64,000 bases of DNA from positions 56,198-120,197 of the forward strand of contig CABYSI010000002.1 in assembly GCA_902521635.1 (NCBI GenBank), written 5' to 3'. Made by a program: the position numbers and the translations under genes. Below, in pieces: positions 31,678 to 41,596 of the stretch (the stretch's first letter is position 1; each line of letters begins with the position of its first letter). The notes under the pieces are model-generated. The model made no database searches. It worked only from the letters and a program-made list of their open reading frames with translations, and had not been told where the DNA came from. Source of the DNA: an uncultured SAR86 cluster bacterium (lineage in GTDB: Bacteria; Pseudomonadota; Gammaproteobacteria; Magnimaribacterales; Magnimaribacteraceae).

Positions 31678-32448
31678 TTAAAAGTTATCTTTCCAATTTC
31701 TTATTTCACCTAATACCTCTGAAGTACTGTTCAGCTTTCTTTTTGAGTAATTTTCTGCAGCTTCAATCACTGGCAATTCTCTGCATCTCATAAAAGGATT
31801 TATCTTGGTTTCAGTATCTATTAAGCTGGGTAATGAAGGCTTATTCTTTGATCTATCTTCCTGGACTTTCTTTGTTGATTTAATAATATCTTGGTTATTA
31901 GGCTCCACTGCCATAGCGAACCTTAAATTGGATTCAGTATATTCATGACCACAATATACGAGCGTGCTTGGGGGGAGTTCTTCATACCTATCCATTGAAA
32001 AAAGCATATCTTCTGGTGTTCCCTCAAATAATCTTCCGCAGCCAGCATAAAATAGCGTGTCACCAGAAAAAAGAATTGGCTTTTCTGTCTTATCACAAAA
32101 ATACGAAAGTTGATCGTTAGTATGTCCCGGAGCTGAAAAAGCTTTGAATTGAAAGTCATCTAGGATGTAAAAATTTTCATTATCTTGTAGAGGATGAGTT
32201 ATGCCTTTTATATGTCCTCCCGAAGGTCCATAGGCTGAGCATCCATATTCAGCAATAACTTCTTCAAGGCCTCCAGTGTGGTCCCAATGGTGATGTGTGA
32301 TTAATACATCCGTAAGTACATATCCTGTTTTTTTGATATATTCATGCACTGGTTTTGCGTCCCCAGGATCAACAATTGCAAGCTTACCTTCAGACTCCAT
32401 AGTCCAAATATAATTATCACTAAATGCATTTAAATGATTTATTTTCAT
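31678..32448 (-). CDS. gloB: Hydroxyacylglutathione hydrolase (glyoxalase II)
   Basis: DNYIW, THHHWDHTGG, PGHT, FSGDTLF, CGHEYT, NPFMR. Confidence 0.96.
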   Translation of the reverse strand: MKINHLNAFSDNYIWTMESEGKLAIVDPGDAKPVHEYIKKTGYVLTDVLITHHHWDHTGGLEEVIAEYGCSAYGPSGGHIKGITHPLQDNENFYILDDFQFKAFSAPGHTNDQLSYFCDKTEKPILFSGDTLFYAGCGRLFEGTPEDMLFSMDRYEELPPSTLVYCGHEYTESNLRFAMAVEPNNQDIIKSTKKVQEDRSKNKPSLPSLIDTETKINPFMRCRELPVIEAAENYSKRKLNSTSEVLGEIRNWKDNF

Positions 32449-32501
32449 TGTGTTTATAACTTAGTTTGAGAATAGTGTAATACAATAAGTATCTTACAAA
32501 A

Positions 32502-32933
32502 ATGAAGGAAATAGAAGTCTTTACTGATGGAGCTTGCAGAGGAAATCCTGGGGTCGGGGGTTGGGGTGTCCTGCTTATAATAGATGGTGAGGAAACTACA
32601 TTATTTGGAGGAGAGCAAGATACAACAAATAACCGAATGGAACTTAAAGCTGCAATCAAGGCACTAGAGTTTTTTAATGATAATGTATCCCTTTCTATCA
32701 CTACTGATTCTAATTATGTAAAAGATGGTATTACAAAATGGTTGACCAATTGGAAGAAAAAAAATTGGGTTACTGCTTCTAGAAAACCAGTGAAAAATAA
32801 AGATTTATGGGAGCAACTTGATAACCTTAATTCCTTTCATAACGTGTCATGGCAGTGGGTAAAAGCTCATGCTGGACATAGAGAAAATGAGATAGCAGAT
32901 ATGCTTGCAAATAAGGGTATAGACGAACTTTAA
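32502..32933 (+). CDS. rnhA: Ribonuclease HI
   Basis: TDGACRGNPG, TTNNRMEL, TDSNY, VKNKDLW, WVKAHAGH, NEIAD. Confidence 0.97.
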   Translation: MKEIEVFTDGACRGNPGVGGWGVLLIIDGEETTLFGGEQDTTNNRMELKAAIKALEFFNDNVSLSITTDSNYVKDGITKWLTNWKKKNWVTASRKPVKNKDLWEQLDNLNSFHNVSWQWVKAHAGHRENEIADMLANKGIDEL

Positions 32934-33643
32934 TGCAAAGACAGATAATATTAGATACTGAAACAACAGGATTAGATCCAAAATCGGGACATAGAGTCAT
33001 TGAAATTGGATGTATAGAATTAGTGAATAGAAAATTTACAGGAGAGCAGTACCATATTTATTTAAATCCTGATCGAGCTAGTGATCAAGCGGCATTAGAA
33101 GTTCACGGATTAACCTCGGAATTTCTAAGTGACAAACCAAGATTTAAAGACATTTATGAAGAATTTCTTAAATTTATAAGCGGATCTGAGTTGCTTATAC
33201 ATAATGCAGAATTCGATGTAAATTTTCTCGATCATGAAATAAAGCTTCTTTCAAAGAAATTACCAAATGTATCAGATTGTGTTGCAAAGATAACCGATAC
33301 ACTTCAGATTGCGAGAGAGAAACATCCTGGTCAACGAAATAGTTTGGATGCCTTAGTTAAGAGATATGAAATAGGGGGATACGACCGAGAACTGCATGGA
33401 GCTTTGCTTGATTCGCAAATATTAGGAGATGTATATCTTTCTATGACCGGAGGACAGAGTGATCTTGATTTCAGTATTTCAGCTACGGAACAGGAAGTAA
33501 ATGAAAACGGTTCTTCTAATCAACTAAATTCGGAAATAAATTTAAAAGTTATCGAGTTAAATGAAGAAGAGAAAAAATCTCATAAAGAGTATCTACTAAG
33601 AATGAAAGAAGAAACAGGCATAGATCCATTAGGTCTTGATTAA
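32933..33643 (+). CDS. dnaQ: DNA polymerase III epsilon subunit
   Basis: LDTETTG, HNAEFD, HGALLD, MTGGQ. Confidence 0.97.
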   Translation: MQRQIILDTETTGLDPKSGHRVIEIGCIELVNRKFTGEQYHIYLNPDRASDQAALEVHGLTSEFLSDKPRFKDIYEEFLKFISGSELLIHNAEFDVNFLDHEIKLLSKKLPNVSDCVAKITDTLQIAREKHPGQRNSLDALVKRYEIGGYDRELHGALLDSQILGDVYLSMTGGQSDLDFSISATEQEVNENGSSNQLNSEINLKVIELNEEEKKSHKEYLLRMKEETGIDPLGLD

Positions 33644-33644
33644 A

Positions 33645-34991
33645 ATGTCTGTAGTTAAAACAAGATTTGCTCCTAGCCCTACCGGTTATCTCCATATTGG
33701 AGGAGCTAGAACTGCCTTATTTGCTTGGCTTCATGCCAAATCCCAAAATGGTGAGTGTCTATTGAGAATCGAAGATACAGATAAAGAAAGGTCAAAAGAC
33801 GAATTTACAAAAGAGATCATTGAAAGTTTTAAGTGGCTAGGAGTTGAGTTTGACGAGGAAGTGGTTTTTCAATCAAATAATGCAAATCGTTATAAAGAAA
33901 TTATAGATCAACTTCTTGATCAGGGTTTAGCTTATGTCTGTAAGGGTGAAGACCCCGAGATAGACAAACAATGCAGGGACAAAAACCTTTCAAGAGATGA
34001 AAATACAGTTGTTAGATTCAAAATGCCAGAAAAAGGCATCACTGTTTATGAAGATATTGTAAAAGGTCAGATACAAGTTGAAAATGATCGACTTGATGAT
34101 TTTATTATCGAAAGAAGTGATGGATCAGCTACCTATAATTTATGTGTTGTAGTCGATGATTTAGATTCCAAAATTACTCATGTTATTAGAGGTGATGATC
34201 ATGTTAATAATACCTTTAAGCAGATAAATGTTTTAAAAGCTCTAAATAAAGAAGTACCAACTTATGGTCACGTTCCTATGATTCTAGGCGAAGATGGAAA
34301 AAGATTATCTAAAAGGCATGGAGCTTTAGGAGTGCGGGAATATGAGTCATTAGGTATCTTGCCTGAAGCATTAAAGAATTACCTTCTAAGATTAGGATGG
34401 TCTTTGGGTGATGATGAAATATTTACTGGTGAAGATATGAAAAAAAGTTTTCAATCTGGTATTTTAAATAAATCTCCTGCTACTTTTTCAATGGATAAAT
34501 TACTTTGGTTTAATAAATATTACTTGGATCAAATGAGTGTAGATCAATTGATAGAAGCTTTATCAAGCAAAGAGTTTGATGGAAGTCAATATTCTAAAAC
34601 TATTTTGCACACGATTAGAGATAGGTGTTCAACATTAAATGAATTTTCTATAAATGCTGGATATTTTTTTAAAGATCCAAAGAATTATGACGAAGCATTG
34701 ATCATAAAGTATTGTAAGAAGGATTCGTTTGAACATTTATCTCTCTTAAGGGAGAAATTTGAAGAACTTAAGAATTGGGAACAAATCTACATAAAAGAAG
34801 TCATTGAAAAGGTTATTGCTCACTTCGAGATAGGATTTGGAAAGATAGGTTTACCTCTCAGATTAGCTCTTACTGCTACGGTAAATTCTCCTTCGATTGA
34901 TTTAGTATGTCAGCTGCTAGGCAGAGATATTACTCTAAACAGAATAGAAAAGTTTTTAACCATGATTAAGGACTTAAAAACTGATCAATAG
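33645..34991 (+). CDS. gltX: Glutamate--tRNA ligase
   Basis: RFAPSPTGYLHIGG, LRIEDTD, IRGDDH, LSKRHG; ATG at 33645. Confidence 0.95.
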   Translation: MSVVKTRFAPSPTGYLHIGGARTALFAWLHAKSQNGECLLRIEDTDKERSKDEFTKEIIESFKWLGVEFDEEVVFQSNNANRYKEIIDQLLDQGLAYVCKGEDPEIDKQCRDKNLSRDENTVVRFKMPEKGITVYEDIVKGQIQVENDRLDDFIIERSDGSATYNLCVVVDDLDSKITHVIRGDDHVNNTFKQINVLKALNKEVPTYGHVPMILGEDGKRLSKRHGALGVREYESLGILPEALKNYLLRLGWSLGDDEIFTGEDMKKSFQSGILNKSPATFSMDKLLWFNKYYLDQMSVDQLIEALSSKEFDGSQYSKTILHTIRDRCSTLNEFSINAGYFFKDPKNYDEALIIKYCKKDSFEHLSLLREKFEELKNWEQIYIKEVIEKVIAHFEIGFGKIGLPLRLALTATVNSPSIDLVCQLLGRDITLNRIEKFLTMIKDLKTDQ

Positions 34992-35919
34992 CATCCCATG
35001 CGGTTTTACGTATGTCATCTCTTTCCATCATGATCTCATGCTCAGATTCTAATGAAACTATTGTCGTTAAATTAGACTGCCCTAATAATTCTCTATTTAA
35101 TGAACTATTCACCAATTTATCATTTGTTGCATCTAGAAGAAGCAGAGGTTTTTTTATCGCAGAAGACCAATCTAATGATTTGAAATAATTTGTTCTTTTG
35201 AGTGCATGCTTTAACCACCCTACAGTTATTCCCCTTACGCCTAATTCAGGAAACTGGCTCAATAATTTGTAAGTCCTATTAAATCTTTCTTCATCTGTTG
35301 TGAGTGCATTTTCTAGAAACGATTCTTCTTGCCAACCTAAATCTTGATGCCAAGAGGGCTTTTGCATTGGAAAAGTACCTAGGCCAAAATTTTCTAAAAT
35401 ACCCATCAATCTTACTATCCTTCTTGAAACAGCATTTGCTCTCACAGAAATCATTGGAGCGCAGAGTATACATTTACTCAATACATTCTCTGGAGCTATG
35501 AAGTAAGAGGTCAGCAGACAACCACCCATTGAATGTCCAAAACCTATAAAGGGTTCAGGACATATGAGTTTAAAACACTCATCAACCACCTTTACCAGAT
35601 CTTTGTCATAAGTTTCAAATGTATCAATATGACCAATTTTATTATTATTTGCTTTTCTAGATGAGAGACCTTGACCTCTCCAGTCCATCATTGCTACGGC
35701 ATATCCTCTAATAACAAATTCAGAGATGACCTCATAATATTTCTCTATGAATTCTGTTCTACCTGATTGAAGAATTATGGTTCCTTTTTCGCTATTAAGA
35801 TTCCAAAAAGCTATCCTTACTTTATCTTTTTTGTTGAGGGAAAAGAAATAAGATTCTCCCCCCGAACAAGATAAATTATCTATTTCATATAATGGAGCCG
35901 TTGGAAGGTTTGTTTTCAA
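34966..35919 (-). CDS. Lysophospholipase L2-like alpha/beta hydrolase
   Basis: GRTEFIEKY, DWRGQGLS, GHSMGG nucleophile elbow, HEIMME. Confidence 0.87.
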   Translation of the reverse strand: MKTNLPTAPLYEIDNLSCSGGESYFFSLNKKDKVRIAFWNLNSEKGTIILQSGRTEFIEKYYEVISEFVIRGYAVAMMDWRGQGLSSRKANNNKIGHIDTFETYDKDLVKVVDECFKLICPEPFIGFGHSMGGCLLTSYFIAPENVLSKCILCAPMISVRANAVSRRIVRLMGILENFGLGTFPMQKPSWHQDLGWQEESFLENALTTDEERFNRTYKLLSQFPELGVRGITVGWLKHALKRTNYFKSLDWSSAIKKPLLLLDATNDKLVNSSLNRELLGQSNLTTIVSLESEHEIMMERDDIRKTAWDAIDQFLSP

Positions 35920-36003
35920 ATTCTTAACTTTAAGTTTATGGAGATTATTCTAATAGATTTTCCGTTTCATAATTGGTAAGTATAATAGTTAAGTAGATTA
36001 AAT

Positions 36004-36079
36004 GGGGCTATAGCTCAGCTGGGAGAGCGCAACACTGGCAGTGTTGAGGTCGGCGGTTCGATCCCGCCTAGCTCCACCA
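36004..36079 (+). tRNA. tRNA-Ala(GGC)
   Basis: GGGGCTA/TAGCTCC stem with G3-U70, CAACA-CTGGCAG-TGTTG anticodon arm, CCA. Confidence 0.97.
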
Positions 36080-36080
36080 T

Positions 36081-36929
36081 TCAGTAGATTGATAGATCTA
36101 TAGATAGAGCAGGGTGGTCGCTTAATGGACCCTCTTCAGTAAAAAATGATTTGTCTTCTCCAACTGAATTAATCTTAAATTTAACATCCTCTCCTTGTTT
36201 TAAGAGAATATAGTCCAACACTGACCATTTTTTATTAATTTTGGTATTTTCAAAAGTATCAATTAAGGATAGTTCTTCTTTAAATTTTTTTAATAGTCCC
36301 ATGTCTCTTGGATCTTTGGAGTTTAGATTAAGATCACCGGCGACAATAAGCGCTTTCATTTCTGTTTTTTGCTTTATTACAGAAACAATGTGTTCTAATT
36401 GCTTTTGCCTAGCACCCCTATCGGAGTCTCTTCTGCCAGCATCCATATGAGTATTCAAAATATAAAATTCTTTTTTATTTGGAGGAGTAACTTTTATTAG
36501 TTGGAATCCTTTATACGCAAAACAGTCATTTGCTCCTATTAACCAACCTGAACAATTTTCATATGTTTTATTCTCAACATCTATCAACCAACCTACTGGT
36601 AAATTAAATATCGAAGTTAAACCTGAACCGGTACAAAATGGACAAAGTAAAGTTCCCATTCCGCCCCTGTAAGCTAAGCTTAATTTGTCGAGTCCGGAAG
36701 ATAATTCTTCATGATGTGAATAGTCCTCTTGAAGTAATGAGATATTATAATCCTGTGTTTTTTCACCAATGATGGGAAACCGCATTTTAGGATTATCATC
36801 CAAGAATATTTCAGGTAGTCCATGAGTGTTGTAGACTAATATATTTAAATTTAAGATTACATCTTCTGAGCAAAAAACATTCAAAGGCAAGTACAAAAAA
36901 AATAATAAAACCTTTTTTCTGATATCCAC
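36081..36929 (-). CDS. Exported endonuclease/exonuclease/phosphatase-family protein (sphingomyelinase-like)
   Basis: YNTHGL, LQED, NTHMDA, AGDLN, LDYI, SDH motifs; hydrophobic N-terminus. Confidence 0.85.
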   Translation of the reverse strand: MDIRKKVLLFFLYLPLNVFCSEDVILNLNILVYNTHGLPEIFLDDNPKMRFPIIGEKTQDYNISLLQEDYSHHEELSSGLDKLSLAYRGGMGTLLCPFCTGSGLTSIFNLPVGWLIDVENKTYENCSGWLIGANDCFAYKGFQLIKVTPPNKKEFYILNTHMDAGRRDSDRGARQKQLEHIVSVIKQKTEMKALIVAGDLNLNSKDPRDMGLLKKFKEELSLIDTFENTKINKKWSVLDYILLKQGEDVKFKINSVGEDKSFFTEEGPLSDHPALSIDLSIY

Positions 36930-37708
36930 TAGTTTTTGGTCCTTTTCGTAATTTTGTTCCAGATATTTGTTGCAAGTGACATGCGAAGAAAAGGGCTTAC
37001 AAGCTTATATATTTTACCCGGTATAACTGTTGATTTTCCTTTCAATGAGGCCTTTTCTGTCTCAGTAACAACTTTTTCAGCATCTATCCACATCCATGAT
37101 GGAATTTTTTCTCTTAAATGATCTAAGCCTGCTCTTGAATGAGCTTCAGTTTTAACATAACCGGGCAAACTAACAGTGACAGATATATTTTTTGAAGAAA
37201 GTTCTTGGGACAGGGATTGCCCGTAGGAATATATAGCAGATTTAGCTGATGCATAGATTGAAGACTTAGGCATAGGAGTTATCGCACCTATACTTGATAC
37301 AATCACAATTCTTCCTTTACCGATATTTATCATACTAGGAACATAGGCTTCTATTAAATCAATGACTCCATGACAGAGAAGATAAAATAGATCTTTTTTA
37401 TCTTCTTTATTGATATTGCCTACCTCACCAAACATCGTGATGCCTGCATTTGCAATTATCAAATCTGGGTCTTTTATTTTTTTCGTAATTTGTTCTACTC
37501 CCTCAGGCTTCGATAGATCTGCAAGATGATAAGTAGACTTATTATTTTCAATTGTATTAAAAGCCTTTTCAGATTTTTCTGGATTTTGAGCTACGAGCTC
37601 CAGCTCCCAATTATTCAATGCCAAATATTTCGAATATGCGAGACCAATTCCAGAAGAGAAGCCTGTTACCAAGGCTTTGGGTTTCTTGTTAGTTTTAATA
37701 TTGTTCAT
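36929..37708 (-). CDS. Short-chain dehydrogenase/reductase
   Basis: TGFSSGIG, ANAG, SS...YASAK, PGYVKTE. Confidence 0.9.
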   Translation of the reverse strand: MNNIKTNKKPKALVTGFSSGIGLAYSKYLALNNWELELVAQNPEKSEKAFNTIENNKSTYHLADLSKPEGVEQITKKIKDPDLIIANAGITMFGEVGNINKEDKKDLFYLLCHGVIDLIEAYVPSMINIGKGRIVIVSSIGAITPMPKSSIYASAKSAIYSYGQSLSQELSSKNISVTVSLPGYVKTEAHSRAGLDHLREKIPSWMWIDAEKVVTETEKASLKGKSTVIPGKIYKLVSPFLRMSLATNIWNKITKRTKN

Positions 37709-37818
37709 CGAATTTAAGATAATGTTCTTTGATTTTAAAGTATATTTTAAATTTTACTCGCATAGCCTAAAAAGATATCTATCTTCTTTTAAAATTTGTT
37801 TTGTCGTAGTATTGATTG

Positions 37819-38538
37819 ATGACAGATACAAATACGACTAAATACTTTAGTGGCTGGTGGGCAGTCCTTTTTATTTTCTTATCTTTTAACTTGATTCCAA
37901 TTCCTTTAACCATGCTTGTAGGATTTCTTGGAGAGTGGGTTTATCAGAATCCAGTTGAAGTAGATATGAATTATCTGGGATTGATCAACATGCACCCAAT
38001 CGCAGATAATTTAGTTTCTATATTTTCAATGTCAGCCTTGTTAGCTTTTGTTCTCTGGAGAATGAGGGTTAGGCAAATACCTTTTGGAGACTTAGGTTCT
38101 TTGAATCTGAATAGAAAAGATTTGTTTTTGGGAACACTCTTTTTAGCTGCCTTTATTGTATTTGAAGAAATCTATATGTGGATTCTTGACATTGAGATGC
38201 CTATGGGATTTTTGGAATTTATGTTGTCTGAACCTATAATATTAGGCTTTATTTCAGTTGTTATTATTGCACCCATAGCAGAGGAATTTATTTTTAGAGG
38301 CTTTTTGTATTCTCAGCTGAGCCGAACAAAAATAGGTCCATGGGGTGCTGTTACGCTTAGCAGCCTTTTATGGACAGTGATCCACTTTCAATACGAAGTT
38401 CTAATCTTGATCGTATTATTTATTTTTGGTATTTTTCTTGGTTATATCAGGATGGCTTATAAGTCATTAAGTCTGCCAATAATGCTTCATGGAATAAATA
38501 ACTTATTTGCCTTTTTTATGGCGTATTATTTCTATTAG
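37819..38538 (+). CDS. CPBP (Abi/CAAX type II) intramembrane metalloprotease
   Basis: APIAEEFIFRG, WTVIH, MLHGINN; multiple TM segments. Confidence 0.88.
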   Translation: MTDTNTTKYFSGWWAVLFIFLSFNLIPIPLTMLVGFLGEWVYQNPVEVDMNYLGLINMHPIADNLVSIFSMSALLAFVLWRMRVRQIPFGDLGSLNLNRKDLFLGTLFLAAFIVFEEIYMWILDIEMPMGFLEFMLSEPIILGFISVVIIAPIAEEFIFRGFLYSQLSRTKIGPWGAVTLSSLLWTVIHFQYEVLILIVLFIFGIFLGYIRMAYKSLSLPIMLHGINNLFAFFMAYYFY

Positions 38539-38672
38539 ATTTTTCTTGATTGAATATCTAATTAGGGGTATTTTGTTAGTCATATATATTCAAAAAAGGA
38601 TATTTTTGAATTAGAAACATATTCAGTCTGACAAAAGGATAGGTCTTCTGATGAAACTTTGGGGAGGGTTTC

Positions 38673-41546
38673 ATGAAAAAGATAATCTTTTTTATATCTT
38701 TTACTCTAATTCCATTTCTTGCTTTATCCGATGATGAAGAAAGAGGGGGAATAGAAGAAGTAATTGTAACCGCTGAGAGGCAAGCATCTTCTATTCAAGA
38801 TACTGCTATTTCTATAACAGCCTTTGATTCAACTTTAATTGAAGCATTGAATCTAAGAAATCAGGAAGATCTTCAAAACTATATTCCTGCAACAACTATT
38901 CAGCCATATGATATTTCTATTCGAGGTATTGGAAGAATGTTTAGGGCATTGGGGGGAGATCCTGGTGTTGGAACTTATGTTGATGGTGCTTATTCTGTCG
39001 ATTTTGGTATTGCCTCTACAGATAATGGACTCTATGACATAGAAAGAATAGAGATTCTAAGAGGACCTCAAGGAACTTTATATGGTAGAAATAGTATTGG
39101 TGGAGCTGTAAACTTTATAACAGCTAAACCTTCACAGGATTTTGCTGCAGAAGTGAGAACTCTTACCGGAAGTTATGGAATGGCTGAGGCTTATGGTTTT
39201 ATTAATGGGGGCCTAACAGATAACTTAAGTGCAAGAGTTATTGTAGTTAATAGAAGTAGAGATGGTGTTATTAAGGACCTTGGTGCTGGAGAGGACTTGG
39301 ATAGTTACGAAGACGAAAACTATACACTGGCCCTTAGATGGGAAAATGACAACCATACCCTTGATATAAGAGGAAACGAAAGAAGTTATGGAAGGGTTAT
39401 TAGTTCGGCACAAGGTGCAGGACTTATAACAACGAGTGAGTATGGCGGTAATGTTAGACGAAATGATCTTATGGTACATGGCTACAGACCAGTTGACCCC
39501 AACACGCCTTGTTCAAGTTTAACTGACAGAACTGTAGCTAATTGTGCTACCCCTGGCTATGAGACATTTATGTTTAATCATAAGGGTCTTGTTAGACATG
39601 GTCAGTTTTTGGTTCCGGGTGTTGACCCTGCATTATTTGCAGGAACTGGAGTTAGTCCTAACTTTGCATTTGGTTACGATTCCAATATCTTAGCAGCTAC
39701 CATGATTGGAGATGGAAAAAGCATACCTTCAATGACCGGAGATGATTTAGTAACTTCTACAAATGGTTTCAATGACGAATACTTTGATCATCAAGCAGGA
39801 ACAGTTAACTACACCTGGGATGCTAGAGATGATTTAACAATTAAATATATCGGTTCTTATACTGACTATCTTTACACAAGGATTACAGATGACGATAGGA
39901 CAGGTAACCCTCTCGCAGATGAACAATTTCATGCAATGCAAGAAAATGAAAACTATCAACATGAGATACAATTCTTCTGGGATATAACTGATGATTGGAG
40001 TTTTGTGGGTGGATTATTTGAATATCATGAAGAAATTGATCAAGATTTAGATTTCTTTAATCCAAACGGAGATGCTAGATATTCACAGCCAGCTGATTAT
40101 GGAAGTACAGTAGCTGCATTAGCACCTGGAGCATCAAGACAAGTACAAATGTTAACTGCAGTAGCTGCTTATGGTGGAGTAAATCCTACTGTTCCAGCTT
40201 TCACTACAACTGCCGGTCCTTACACTGCTAGAGATACTGGTTGTGGAATTGCAAGTCTACTAGGATTAGCACCAGTCCCTGATTTTTCTGATCCAGCACT
40301 GACTCAAGTATGTATCATTTCTGGCCCTTGGGATGGTGAAAATGCTGTTCTTAAAAATGGTCCTAACCCTTCACCAGGAACAACATTTGTTTGGCAGACT
40401 GAAAATAAAACAGATGCATATGCTGTTTATTTTCAAACTGAATACCAAATCAATGACACTTGGGCTATCACACTTGGCGGGTCTTACAGTGAAGACGAAA
40501 AAGTAGCTGAAGAAAACCTAGTTCAATATAACGAAGTTGAATTAGTTTCTGCACAACTCTTTGCATACAACCAAGCAACTGGAGCTTTGAATGCTGATGG
40601 CACTCCAACAGGTGAGGGTATCATTCGATTCAAAGGTATTCCTTATTCAAGATCTTTTTACAGATCAATGGAAAGAGAATTTGAAGAATCTAATTACAGA
40701 GTAAATGTTGATTATTCTCCTTCAGATAATGCTCTTTGGTATTTCTCAGTAACAACTGGTCATAGGGCTGGTGGATTTAACTTAGGTTATTTCTCTGCTT
40801 TCCCAAGTTATGATTCTGAAAATGTAACTTCTTATGAAATAGGACACAAAGGTTCTTATATGGATAATACTTTGCAAATTAATGCATCCACTTATCAATA
40901 TGTTTATGAGAATATTCATGGTCAATTTGAGTCTCAAAGTTTCTTGGGAGGAGTTAGCACTTCTGTAATAGGTTATCCTGAAGCAGAAACTAACGGCTTT
41001 GAATTAGAAGTTATTTATATGCCTCAACCTAATTGGATTATTGGTGGTAACTACAGTTTCACAGATGCAAAATACTCTGAAGAAATTGTAGATGCTTTTG
41101 GCAACCAAGGTGTTATTGAGGTTAATAATCCAAATGCACCAGGATCTCTTTATACAATTAAAGAGAGGGAAAGACCTATTAATGGAGTGAGAATGGAAAG
41201 AATACCTGAGAATAAAATGTCAGTGTATTCTAACTACACACAAGAAGTTAATGGCGGATCTATTGACTACTTGGTTGGTTTATCCTGGACTGACGAAATA
41301 ATTTGGTCTGATGCCGCATTACCTTATGACGTTTCTCCTGCCTTCAGTCGTGTAGATATCAAAGCTACTTGGACTAACGATGAAGGTGATTTAGAAGTCA
41401 TGTTCTTTGTTAATAATGTGATGGATAAAATTGGTGTTAGAAATATGTCCACAGATGATGAAACACAAGGCTTCTTAAGGTCTATAGTTCCAACATTACC
41501 TAGAATGGGAGGTATTTCATTTACTAAGAAGTTTGGTGCTTATTAA
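38673..41546 (+). CDS. TonB-dependent receptor (TBDR4), paralogue of TBDR5/6
   Basis: EEVIVTAERQ, RGIGRMFRALGGDPGV, ERIEILRGPQGTLYGRNSIGGAVN. Confidence 0.93.
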   Translation: MKKIIFFISFTLIPFLALSDDEERGGIEEVIVTAERQASSIQDTAISITAFDSTLIEALNLRNQEDLQNYIPATTIQPYDISIRGIGRMFRALGGDPGVGTYVDGAYSVDFGIASTDNGLYDIERIEILRGPQGTLYGRNSIGGAVNFITAKPSQDFAAEVRTLTGSYGMAEAYGFINGGLTDNLSARVIVVNRSRDGVIKDLGAGEDLDSYEDENYTLALRWENDNHTLDIRGNERSYGRVISSAQGAGLITTSEYGGNVRRNDLMVHGYRPVDPNTPCSSLTDRTVANCATPGYETFMFNHKGLVRHGQFLVPGVDPALFAGTGVSPNFAFGYDSNILAATMIGDGKSIPSMTGDDLVTSTNGFNDEYFDHQAGTVNYTWDARDDLTIKYIGSYTDYLYTRITDDDRTGNPLADEQFHAMQENENYQHEIQFFWDITDDWSFVGGLFEYHEEIDQDLDFFNPNGDARYSQPADYGSTVAALAPGASRQVQMLTAVAAYGGVNPTVPAFTTTAGPYTARDTGCGIASLLGLAPVPDFSDPALTQVCIISGPWDGENAVLKNGPNPSPGTTFVWQTENKTDAYAVYFQTEYQINDTWAITLGGSYSEDEKVAEENLVQYNEVELVSAQLFAYNQATGALNADGTPTGEGIIRFKGIPYSRSFYRSMEREFEESNYRVNVDYSPSDNALWYFSVTTGHRAGGFNLGYFSAFPSYDSENVTSYEIGHKGSYMDNTLQINASTYQYVYENIHGQFESQSFLGGVSTSVIGYPEAETNGFELEVIYMPQPNWIIGGNYSFTDAKYSEEIVDAFGNQGVIEVNNPNAPGSLYTIKERERPINGVRMERIPENKMSVYSNYTQEVNGGSIDYLVGLSWTDEIIWSDAALPYDVSPAFSRVDIKATWTNDEGDLEVMFFVNNVMDKIGVRNMSTDDETQGFLRSIVPTLPRMGGISFTKKFGAY

Positions 41547-41563
41547 GTAGGCATTAAATAGAA

Positions 41564-41594
41564 TAAAAAGGCCTGCCTTGCGCAGGCTTTTTTA
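41564..41594. terminator. Bidirectional intrinsic terminator between TBDR4 and the ybbP-like gene
   Basis: TAAAAAGGCCTGC-CTTGC-GCAGGCTTTTTTA. Confidence 0.82.
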
Positions 41595-41596
41595 TG

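Noticed and set aside
36004-38538. tRNA-Ala-anchored genomic island
   Set aside because: No integrase and no duplicated tRNA 3' end seen by eye in the window.
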